DNA from: Macrostomum lignano
Lineage: Eukaryota
Length of the DNA: 64,000 nucleotides
Direction of reading: 5' to 3'
Assembly (NCBI GenBank): GCA_002269645.1
Contig: NIVC01000453.1
Location: forward strand, 1 to 64,000
Of this stretch, positions 46,063-57,297 are shown piece after piece (position 1 is the stretch's first letter; every line of letters begins with the position of its first letter). The position numbers and the translations under genes were made by a program. Under the pieces are notes generated by a model. That model had not been told where the DNA came from, ran no database searches, and saw only the letters and a program-made list of their open reading frames with translations.

Positions 46063-49000
46063 TCAACTACGCGACGACTCCACTTGATCCAAGATGTAGT
46101 CGTTGAGTTCGGCCACAGGACCGGCTGCGGCGGCGGCGGCAGCGGCGGCGGCCTGCAGCTCGCCGAGACTGTGATAGACAATCTCCTCCTGACTGTCCTG
46201 GTCGGCTGTTGGATAGCGGAGCACGGATCGACCGATTGGCAGCAGGCGGGGGCATCGGTCCAACAGATGGTGCACCACCTCACGCGGCAGTGGACAGTGC
46301 ACCTTCAGGTTTGGGGATGCGTCAGAGGTCTGTGAGGGACAGACAAGTCAATCTGCTACTATAATAGTTGGTCTTCAGTTTAAACAGAGCCTTTCAAAAA
46401 ACATTGGATTGGTATCGAATCTGAACGGGCTAACGAGAATAATCGGCCTTCAAAACTATTTATGATATTTAGTCATTTTGAATAATCGGCCTTCAAAACT
46501 ATTTATGATATTTCGTCATTTTGAATAATCGGCCTTCAAAACTACTCATAGTATTTCATCATTTTGAATAATCGGCCTTCAAAACTATTCATGGTATTTC
46601 GTCATTTTGAATAATCGGCCTTCAAAACTATTCATGGTATTTCGTCATTTTGAATAATCGGCCTTCAAAACTACTCATAGTATTTCTTCATTTAGAATAA
46701 TCGGCCTTCAAAACTACTTATTATTTTGGGCAATCGGCCTTCAAAAAACGGATTACGCACCTGCAGCACCTCCAGTTGCTGGCCGCACTTCTCAGCCAGC
46801 AGTCCAAACGCGGCGTACAAGTCGGCCGATTGCTCGGAAGCCAGAATGCACAGCCGGCGCAGTGTGCGCGAGAATGTTCGCGCCACATAGGAGATCTCAT
46901 TGGCCAGATGAGTGTGAGTCTTCAAATAGAGCTCCTCCAGCGGCAGGCTGGGCTGCAGGAAGCGGCACACGTACCGGATTGGTATGCGAGTATCGAAGGT
47001 GACACTAACTCGCAGCTGCGGCATCAGGGCGGACACACGCGACCAGGTGACCTCTGGTAGCCAGGGATGTTCAAGGCGCTGCTTTGTCTCCGCGCTGACG
47101 TGAAGAGCCAAATATCTGCATTAGCAATCAATTGCATAGATTAGCAATCCAATGCATAGATTAGCAATCCAATGCATAGATTAGCAATACACTGCATAGA
47201 TTAGCAATTCAATGCATAGATTAGCAATACACTGCATAGATTAGCAATTCAATGCATAGATTAGCAATACACTGCATAGATTAGCAATCCACTGCATAGG
47301 TTAGCAATCCAATTGCATAAATTAGCAATACACTGCATAGATTAGCAATACACTGCATAGATTAGCAATCCAATTGCATAAATTAGCAATACACTGCATA
47401 GATTAGCAATTCAATGCATAGATTAGCAATACACTGCATAGATTAGCAATTCAATGCATAGATTAGCAATACACTGCATAGATTAGCAATCAATTGCATA
47501 GATTAGCAATCCACTGCATAGATTAGCAATCAATTGCATAGATTAGCTATTCAATGCATAGATTAGCAATACACTGCATAGATTAGCAATTCAATGCATA
47601 GATTAGCAATACACTGCATAGATTAGCAATTCAATGCATAGATTAGCAATACACTGCATAGATTAGCAATCAATTGCATAGATTAGCAATACACTGCATA
47701 GATTAGCAATCCACTGCATAGGTTAGCAATACAATGCATAGATTAGCAATCAATTGCATAGATTAGCAATCCACTGCATAGGTTAGCAATACAATGCATA
47801 GATTAGCAATCCAATACATAGATTAGCAATCCAATTGCATAAATTAGCAATACACTGCATAGATAAGCAATCAATTGCATAGATTAGCAATCCAGTGCAT
47901 AGGTTAGCAATCCAATGCATAAATTAGCAATCCACTGCATAGATTAGCAATCCAATGCATAGATTAGTAATACACTGCATAAATTAGCAGTCCAGTGCAT
48001 AGATTAGCAATCCAATTGCATAGATTAGCAATCCAATGCATAGATTAGTAATACACTGCATAGATTAGCAATCCAATGCATAGATTAGCAATCCAATTGC
48101 ATAAATTAGCAATACACTGCATAGATTAGCAATCAATTGCATAGATTAGCAATCCAGTGCATAGGTTAGCAATCCAATGCATAAATTAGCAATCCAATGC
48201 ATAGATTAGCAATCCAATTGCATAAATTAGCAATACACTGCATAGATTAGCAATCAATTGCATAGATTAGCAATCCAGTGCATAGGTTAGCAATCCAATG
48301 CATAAATTAGCAATCCAATGCATAGATTAGCAATCCAATTGCATAAATTAGCAATACACTGCATAGATTAGCAATTCACTGCATAGATTAGCAATCCAGT
48401 GCATTGGTTAGCAATCAATTGCATAGATTAGCAATCCAATGCATAGATTAGCAATCCAGCATAGATTAGCAGTCCAGTGCATAGATTAGCAATCCAATGC
48501 ATAGATTAGCAATACACTGCATAGATTAGCAGTCCAGTGCATAGATTAGCAATCCAGTGCATAGATTAGCAATCCAATGCATAGATTAGCAATCCAGCAT
48601 AGATTAGCAGTCCAGTGCATAGATTAGCAGTCCAGTGCATAGATTAGCAATCCAGCATAGATTAGCAATACACTGCATAGATTAGCAGTCCAGTGCATAG
48701 ATTAGCAATCCAGTGCATAGATTAGCAATCCAGTGCATAGATTAGCAATCCAGCATAGATTAGCAGTCCAGTGCATAGATTAGCAGTCCAGTGCATAGAT
48801 TAGCAATCCAGCATAGATTAGCAATACAATGCATAGATTAGAAATCCAGTGCATAGATTAGCAATCCATTATACATTAAGACAGTCCTTCCGAAATTGCA
48901 TACGAAACGTAATGCTCAATAGAATTGAAAGCCAACCTGAAAGAGTGGCGCCTATGCTCAGCCAGATAGAGCATAGCCCGCTCCGAGAAGCTGGCATTCA

Positions 49001-50173
49001 TCAGCTCCAACCATTCCAGCCGTGGACAAGAGTCTAACAACTGCATAACGGTCTCCTTGCTAACCTGAGCCACCAGTGCGCCATTCATAATACTCAGACA
49101 CTGCAGAGTCCGGCCGTGCCCGCTGGCCAGCGCCAGAACCAGACCGTCTCTGATGCCCAGCTCGGCGCCGCTTAAATCAACGCGCCTTAATCCGACATGG
49201 TCGGGCAGCTCGGCCAGTTTGTTGAATAGTCGAACCAGGGCGTCTTCGAATTCTTTGCCGCTGTAGAATAGCGGATTTGCGCCCACGAATCGGAGACTTA
49301 GCGAGTCTAGTCTGCAATTCATTGCGGTTATAGACTGCTCACCTGGCATCTCAGCTTAGAATTCCCTCACCTGGCATCTCAGCCTAGAATTCCCTCACCT
49401 GGCATCTCAGCCTAGAATTCCCTCACCTGGCATCTCAGCCTAGAATTCCCTCACCTGGCATCTCAGCCTAGAATTCCCTCACCTGGCATCTCAGCCTAGA
49501 ATTCCCTCACCTGGCATCTCAGCCTAGAATTCCCTCACCTGGCATCTCAGCCTAGAATTCCCTCACCTGGCATCTCAGCTTAGAATTCCCTCACCTGGCA
49601 CCTCAGCCTAGAATTCTCTCACCTGGCATCTCAGCCTAGAATTCTCTCACCTGGGATTTTAGTCAAGGAGAATCACTAGAATTCCCTCACCTAGGATCTC
49701 AGTCTAGGAGAATCACTAAGAATTCCCCACCTAGGATCGCAGTCTAGGAGAATCATCTTAGAATTTCCTCACCTGGGATCTCAGCCTAGAATTCCTCAAG
49801 TGAGATCTCAGGCTGAGAATCAGCCCACTCACCTGACAGCAAACTGGCCTAATAGATCAAGCAGGCTTAACGCCAACTGCCTCATCCGCTGATTGCCCTG
49901 ATCAACTGCCAGTTGAACTCCGCCAAAATGCCGACCGTATCGCTCCGGCAGAGTGCACAGCCAAGCGTCCGATTCGTCAACAAATTTGAAAAAGCAACGC
50001 CGCCAGAATAGCGGATGCTCCGAAGTGGCCAGCCATTCCGGACAGGTGCCAGCCGCTCGGATTCGATCTCTTAATGATAGGTGTTCGAATATTCGAACTA
50101 GACAAGGCTCGGGCAGGTAGCGCCACGGAATCACTTCTGCCGGTTCGGCTACCGAATCGTTGGCGGAAGCCAT
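46063..50173 (-). CDS. F-box/leucine-rich-repeat protein (FBXL3/FBXL21/FBXO39-like architecture), 4 exons, 436 aa
   Basis: N-terminal F-box (WRYLPEPCLVRIFEHLSLRDRIRAAGTCPEW) followed by LRR-like segments (LQCLSI, CPRLEWLEL, LRRLCI, LEVLQVHC). Exons 49833-50173, 48937-49311, 46761-47115 and 46063-46302 join through GT-AG introns into 1311 nt (437 codons) with no internal stop. The subfamily is not resolvable by eye. Confidence 0.88.
46432..46745. repeat. 43-bp tandem repeat GAATAATCGGCCTTCAAAACT... in F-box intron 3
   Basis: About 7 copies running up to the exon 3 donor. Confidence 0.9.
47117..48870. repeat. 20-bp minisatellite GCATAGATTAGCAATCCAAT filling F-box intron 2
   Basis: Roughly 85 units; abuts the acceptor at 47116-47117. 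Confidence 0.95.
49338..49830. repeat. 28-bp minisatellite CTCACCTGGCATCTCAGCCTAGAATTCC filling F-box intron 1
   Basis: Direct inspection; 12 regular units at 28-bp spacing from 49338, then longer variants. Confidence 0.95.
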
Positions 50174-50394
50174 TTGTACATTAATGAAGGAATTAAGAAT
50201 TGTGTTGGCGTGGTTTCCAATCTAACAATTGGCACTTATTAGGATATAATGCAATGCTTTACAATACGTTTAACTGGATTTTGTAATAAAACTGACTTGA
50301 ATCGTTGGGAATAATAAATCTCTAAGGGCTGAAGGATTTAAAGTTATAGTAAGTATGCAAGGTTGAGGCACTAGCAATGAGCCATGTACCAAAC

Positions 50395-51420
50395 ACCTTG
50401 AAGTCCTGATACCAGTCAAGGTTACCCAGACTTGAAGCCCTGATGACAGTCAATTGGTTACCAAAAGGACTTAAGGTCCTTATAGCAGTCAAGGTTACCA
50501 AAAGGACTTGAAGTCCTGATAACAGTCAATTGGTTACCAAAAGGACTTGAGGTCCTGATAACAGTCAAGGTTACCAAAAGGACTTGAGGTCCTTATAGCA
50601 GTCAAGGTTACCAAAAGGACTTGAAGTCCTGATAACAGTCAAGGTTACCAAAAGGACTTGAGGTCCTTATAGCAGTCAAGGTTACCAAAAGGACTTGAGG
50701 TCCTGATAACAGTCAAGGTTACCAAAAGGACTTGAGGTCCTGATAACAGTCAATTGGTTACCAAAAGGACTTGAAGTCCTGATAACAGTCAAGGTTACCA
50801 AAAGGACTTGAGGTCCTTATAGCAGTCAAGGTTACCAAAAGGACTTGAAGTCCTGATAACAGTCAAGGTTACCAAAAGGACTTGAGGTCCTTATAGCAGT
50901 CAAGGTTACCAAAAGGACTTGAAGTCCTGATAACAGTCAAGGTTACCAAAAGGACTTGAAGTCCTGATAACAGTCAAGGTTACCAAAAGGACTTGAGGTC
51001 CTTATAGCAGTCAAGGTTAGCAAAAGGACTTGAAGTCCTGATAACAGTCAAGGTTACCAAAAGGACTTGAGGTCCTTATAGCAGTCAAGGTTAGCAAAAG
51101 GACTTGAAGTCCTGATAACAGTCAAGGTTACCAAAAGGACTTGAGGTCCTTATAGCAGTCAAGGTTAGCAAAAGGACTTGAAGTCCTGATAACAGTCAAG
51201 GTTACCAAAAGGACTTGAGGTCCTTATAACAGTCAAGGTTACCAAAAGGACTTGAGGTCCTTATAACAGTCAAGGTTACCAAAAGGACTTGAGGTCCTTA
51301 TAGCAGTCAAGGTTACCAAAAGGACTTGAAGTCCTGATAACAGTCAAGGTTACCAAAAGGACTTGAGGTCCTTATAGCAGTCAAGGTTAGCAAAAGGACT
51401 TGAAGTCCTGATAACAGCCG
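50395..51420. repeat. 37-bp minisatellite AAGGTTACCAAAAGGACTTGA(A/G)GTCC... between HCCS and the F-box gene
   Basis: Two variants mostly alternate (AAGTCCTGATAAC / AGGTCCTTATAGC). Confidence 0.95.
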
Positions 51421-52362
51421 TGGACCTGGATGTTAGGCAACAAAGCAACAACCCGAAGACCTGTTATGAGCAAGGGGGTCCAAAAATGACCCGAATGAGC
51501 TACCTAACTAAGTCTGTAATAGGTCATAAAAAAGTTGAAAAAGAAGACAGACCCAAAGTCATTGCCAATTAATACGCTTCTAAATTCAACTTTAGCTGGG
51601 CCGGGCTGCTTCAAATCTTTACTAGCATGTGACAAACAGATATTAATGTATTGGATTATGTTCGCAATAAACTAAATAGCGTTTTGAAAATAAAATCAAC
51701 AACAAAAAGGCTTATTGAAGGCTTTGATTTGAACTAGATGAAACAAGCGCAAATTAAAATTGAAATAGACAGACTTAACTGTCTAATTAGTAGCAAAAAA
51801 GTTGTCTAAGAGTCAATCTGAGATGTTTTAAAGTCTGCGACTTTGAGTTGCTGTCTGTAGAATCGCTTGAGCTACGTCTAAAGCGCCACTTTATGAATTA
51901 GAATCGCATTTTGCATTTATAACCAACTTTGTTTAGGTCTACTTGATTGAGTTAGTAGACAGTTTTTAAGCAATTAAGCAAACAACGATTCTTAAAAGGA
52001 CTTTTTTGTCTTTAGCGATTTTAGTCACGGTAATTTAAACTAAAACACAGGCGACAATGGCATACAGAACCCAGCCGAGCTAATTTTAGTGTGAACGCAA
52101 AAACACAGAGTTGATCTCTAAACTAGGCTGGCAGATAACTTGACATAGCTAATAATTTATATAAACTTTTTTTCTATTTTTAGATGTTTTCAGGAGACAC
52201 AGATTTAAAAAAAAAAGCAAATACGACTCAGTAGAGACACGAGACACTTCTGGTTCTTAGGATAACTTTTAAAGGCCGGTTAGACTATGAAAAGAAGACA
52301 ATCCATTTGGAACTGAAGCCTTTAAAAATATGTCTAAGAAGCGAAGTTAAGCGCAGTATCAA

Positions 52363-54021
52363 TTAATTGGTCTTATCCCCCTCTCCCTCAGTTTCTCCCG
52401 AGTATCGCCAGCGCATGTAGGCAGCCTTGGTTCGATCTCGCAGAGCCGTGAAGCTATCCAGAGCCGGCCGGACGTCCAGAGCGGCGAATTCGTAATTCTC
52501 GTCAATCTGCTTGCCATCGTAATAATCGATGATGTAGCGAACGCTGCGGCCGCACCTGTCAACTATCCAGTCGTGCCGATCGAACGGCTTCTGATAGCCC
52601 AGCCAGTAACGAAACTTTGCCCTTGGAGACAGCTGGGTGGCCTGGGTAAGAGTCAGCGAGGCCACGAAATGAAATACAACTTATTCTCTCTCTCTCTCCC
52701 CCCTCTCTCTCTGCGGAAAAATCTGCGATCTCAGCCTAGAATTTTCTCACCTAAAATCTCAGCCTAGAATTCCCACATAGGATTTCAGCCTAGAATCCTC
52801 ACATGGGATTTCAGCCTAGAATCCTCACATGGGATTTCAGCCTAGAATCCTCACATGGGATTTCAGCCTAGAATCCTCACATGGGATTTCAGCCTAGAAT
52901 TCCTCACCTGGGATCTCAGCCTAGAATTCCCACATAGGATTTCAGCCTAGAATCCTCACATGGGTTTTCAGCCTAGAATTCCTCACCTGGGATCTCAGAA
53001 TAGAATTCCTCACCTGGGATTTCAGCCTAGAATTCCTCACCTGGGATCTCAGCCTAGAATTCCCACATAGGATTTCAGCCTAGAATCCTCACATGGGTTT
53101 TCAGCCTAGAATTCCTCACCTGGGATCTCAGAATAGAATTCCTCACCTGGGATTTCAGCCTAGAATTCCTCACCTGGGATCTCAGCCTAGAATTCCCACA
53201 TAGGATTTCAGCCTAGAATCCTCACATGGGTTTTCAGCCTAGAATTCCTCACCTGGGATCTCAGAATAGAATTCCTCACCTGGGATCTCAGCCTAGAATT
53301 CTCTCACCTGGGATCTCAGCCTAGAATTCCTCACCTGGGATCTCAGCCTAGAATTCCTCACCTGGGATCCTTCCCAAGGATTTCTCCCTCACCTGTTGCA
53401 TTTTGTCTACTAATTAGGAATAAGCAGCCTCAATAGAACATAGGGTCTCACCTTGCCGCCAAAGCTAGCCAGCCTGGGTGTCGGGCACTCCCTAGCGTGA
53501 TAGGCCTCCCATTTGAGCACTTCACGCCAGGCCAGCTCATTATTAGCATTATGTATGCGTATAATAGCGTCCATAGTTTCCGGTGTCACTTCGGAATTTT
53601 GCCAACGCCAGCCTTTGCGAACCATAGCGTTCCAGAACATCTGAGCAGACGGGTACTCCCATTTCTCGCCTTCGTTGCCTGACGCCTTGGGAATGCTAGA
53701 CCGTTGCCGGCCAGTATCCAAGGGGAATGGCTGGCCAGGCGTTGGCTGTTGCAAAGCGCTGGCGCTTGGCATCATATTTAACGGGTCCAGCTGGCCGTCT
53801 GTGCCGGCATTGACTGGACAGCCGCTGCCTGCATCGCTGTTCACTGGACAGCCGCTGCCGTTATTAGCAGATTGAGTCGGAGCTGCTGCTGCTGGCGATG
53901 CGGCAGTCTTTGCGTGCATCGGACACTCTGGCGGTGGCTGTTCTTGACTTCCAGTAGCAGCTGCCGGCCTGGTGGCAGCGGATGCAACAAGTGCATTGGC
54001 AGTACTTTGAGTTGAACCCAT
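52363..54021 (-). CDS. HCCS: Holocytochrome c synthase (cytochrome c heme lyase), 2 exons, 282 aa
   Basis: N-terminal CP heme motifs (ECPMH, GCPV x2) and the conserved blocks [32 protein letters not shown]|[30 protein letters not shown] and LDVRPALDS. Exons 53452-54021 and 52363-52641; intron AAG|GTGAGA...CCCAG|. Confidence 0.97.
52726..53395. repeat. 26/27-bp minisatellite TCAGCCTAGAATTCCTCACCTGGGATC filling the HCCS intron, with a 133-bp higher-order repeat
   Basis: Markers recur at 52903/53036/53169 and 52982/53115/53248. Same family as 49338-49830. Confidence 0.95.
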
Positions 54022-54185
54022 TTAAAGGCAGCATGCGATTGATGATATGTTACTTTTACTTTTATTAATTAAATTATAATTATGCCATTAGTATGGGTCT
54101 CGTATTCTGTTGAAGATAAGACTGTGAAGCTATTCCAAAAAGTGTGTCGTCCTTTACTTGCAATTGTGAACATATCAGTCACTAT

Positions 54186-54543
54186 CACAGATACTGAAAT
54201 ATCTAGATGGGCCACTCAGGATTATACTTAACAAAACAGCTTTCAACTTGCAGTTCAGTAGCAATGAAGAATACATAAGCTATTTTATAAAAATAAAGGC
54301 AACTGAGATGACTTTGATAAGTTTGGAAGCCAAAGCTTGCAAGCATAAACAGCTTGCTAATTGGTTCAACAACTAAGGAAAGTAATAAAAATTGGATGGT
54401 AGGGCAGGTGTAGAGGTTCTGTATAGAGTTTGAAGGTTTAAGCTTGGGGGGGTAAGAGCCAATAAATAAGCCTTCGTTTTAAAATACATAAATAGCTTGC
54501 ACGCATGTGCTAAGTGACCCATCTAGCAATTTTAGTATTTGTG
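54186..54543. mobile_element. Possible small degenerate MITE upstream of HCCS
   Basis: 34-bp inverted repeat (54186-54219 versus 54510-54543, about 28/34). No TSD seen. Confidence 0.3.
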
Positions 54544-55178
54544 GTCACTATATATGCTAAGGATAAATATATAACTGAAAAACTAAGGCAAAAGTTTCTA
54601 TAATAATTGACAAAGTTTGTTAAAAATAGATTTTTCAATTTTTAGCTTAGTTTAAGAAGTTTTAAAACATAAATAAATGCAAATAGTAACATAAAAGAAA
54701 CTTTGATTCACCTGCTAGTAGACAATAGGTGAGTCTAGCCTAGCTATGGATATTTAACATTTAATTTTTCAGTTAGTATATAAATTTTCACTCAAACTGA
54801 AATGAAGGATTGGAGCCCTCTTTTAGCCCTAAGTACAGGCTAAGGGCTAACAGGGTCACCCTCTACTAAAGTGTGTGGCTTAGCAACCTACTAGGGAATA
54901 TGGAGTGCTACAGCCATCTTACATTGACAGCAGCACTTCAATACAGTGTTTCCACTCCAATCTACCCATTTTTCTTCTAAAGAAAATTCTGCAAATTAGC
55001 TTGGCCTATTAAATATGTTAAGATTTTTGACATGACTATAGAAAATTTAGTCATTCTAGCCAACCTGATCTATTTATTCAACTATTGGTATTGGCATATT
55101 TAAACTCACTTGCAAACTCTAAGTTCCAAGTTCCATTCAAGCTAGCTCTAAAGGTCAGTTATGTTAACATTATATTAG

Positions 55179-55886
55179 ATATAGCTTTTTGAAGCCCATT
55201 TGGGTTCACGCGCATTGAATTTAATCAAAGATACGTTTGCCACTGTAATGGAGCTTTTGTCTATGGTAGCAAGGCTGGCACAATGGCATTTAATTTGGTC
55301 CAGCAAGCATTAAATTTAGTCCAAATGCTCCTGAGCCACTTGGTAAACTCTTGCCCCTTTGCAACCATATATAGCCTGTTGTGCACTGCTGGAATGGTAG
55401 CATCTTTACCAACAATTTTCAGTTGCTTTTTTCAGAGCTCTCTTGATAGACAAAATCTGATAACCAAATGGAACCATTCCTTCAACTACTGCTGCATTTT
55501 CTGCAATGTCAACAAAGGGTTTGTCTCAACTACATCCAGTAGCAGTTGGACCTAAGTCTCTAGCAACTTGCCTTGGTAATTGCTACCCTTTTGCAGGTGA
55601 TCTCTGCTGGCAGTGGTTTCCTTGTCCTTTGGGTATTCACCTGCTTTGATCACAAGCCAATGGCACTCTTTTGAAAGCCTAACAAATGGTCCACAATTCT
55701 GAGGCTGATCTTGCTCCTTTGCTGCAAATGCAAATGAAGCTATGGACCAAATTGATGCTTGTTGGACCAAATTAAATGCCACTGTGTCAGCCTTGCTACT
55801 ATAGACAAAAACTCAATTACATTGGCAAATGTATATTGGATTAAATTCAATGTGTATAAACCTAAATAAACTGCAAAAAGCCATAT
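55179..55886. mobile_element. Foldback/MITE-like element with ~145-bp inverted arms
   Basis: 55179-55323 aligns to the reverse complement of 55743-55886 at about 84% by hand, around a ~420-bp non-coding core. The ORF track shows the mirrored MAFNLVQQA starts on both strands. Confidence 0.7.
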
Positions 55887-57297
55887 TAGAATTTCAATTA
55901 TTTTAATAAAGAAATCTGTTCATTGGCAAATGGTATAGCCAACAAGTGAATGCAGTTAATTATATTTTTACCATAGACATTAAACACTTTAAATAAAAAT
56001 ACTTAGTAGATCAATCAGCATGCAGACAATCTTGGATTATTGCATGCTGGCAACTGAAGCATCAATCAGTATACAGACATTAATACATGCTACTTGCAGT
56101 TGATCTTTGTCTATGGATTCTACACAATTGGTTATACTAATCAGCAATGTGATAGATGCATGGCTTGATCCAGAGTATACATAGAATGCCAATGTAGCTT
56201 AAAAAATTGAATCCAAATTTTAACATTTTGCCAAGAGTTTGGCTTTGGACCATAGACTGAAGTGTTTTTGAGCAAAAATATATTTGTGATAAATAAACTC
56301 ATATAAGTGCCACTGTTTAGTCGGAATGAGAAAAACTTTAAACAATTAATTGCATATATATTTCTAGCTTCCAGCACCTAATTTTTATATATTTTAGTCT
56401 ATGGTAGAAAGCCAAACTCCCAGTAGAATGTGAAAATGGGCTTCACTTTTTAAAGCTCACATTGTGCACAAATGCAAACTCTCTAATGCAAACTGTCTAA
56501 ACTTATGTCTAGACATTATTGCACTCTCGTCTAGGTGTGCAAACTTTAAAGCAACATGAGTGACAATTGATTGCTTTGGTATGCAATCAGTTGGTATGTA
56601 TGCACTGCACTCTTAAAACTTGCTGAATCATTCAATCAACTGGCATAATTCTGTGCCAATTTTCACCCACCACTCAGTGTGTGTCTAATGGCTGACCTTG
56701 AGAGTGTTACTAAAAGGGTTTCCAATTGATTCGTCTGCCGCCAATTTGTCTGCTCAGCAGACAAATTGGTTTGTAACCTTTTGACTACTCATCTGCTGTG
56801 GCAACCAATGAAATTAGGCCTGCTCCTACCACTTCTTCATTACATGGCATCCACCTCAGCTAAATGCTTTGTGTAAAATTTTAATAATAATAAAGCCATC
56901 ATTTCAAAAAGATGATCTTGGCAGCGAGTTAAATATTCTACAAGTTAAAAGCATTCATTTTAATAATTATAACAAAAGCACATGCATTAGTGTGTGCACT
57001 ACTGAAATATGACTGACATGTGCATTGAATGCTAGAAAAAAGGGAGTTATTGGCAACATGCCTTACAGTGCAATTCTTGTGAGCTATGGCAGCACCATCT
57101 TTTTGGTACCAGTTTGAGCCGAAAGGAATACCATGCTTTGATGGAACATTCCTTTAATTGGCAATGCTCAAAGTGCACTGGAAAAAATGAGGTAAGAAAC
57201 TGACAACATTTACTGCATGGAGTATAAAGGATTCCATTATATTTAATTACAGTTTACATGCTATGTTACAATACATGTAATTCCTGACATTTTTGGC

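Noticed and set aside
50395-51420. TCAAGGTTA in each 37-bp unit as an NR5/ERR response-element array
   Set aside because: It mismatches the core AGGTCA half-site at a critical base and is probably chance.
46063-54021. HCCS and F-box as a trans-spliced operon
   Set aside because: Same strand and tandem, but 2.2 kb apart with a 1-kb satellite between them, and no clear acceptor immediately before the F-box ATG. It cannot be supported from sequence alone.
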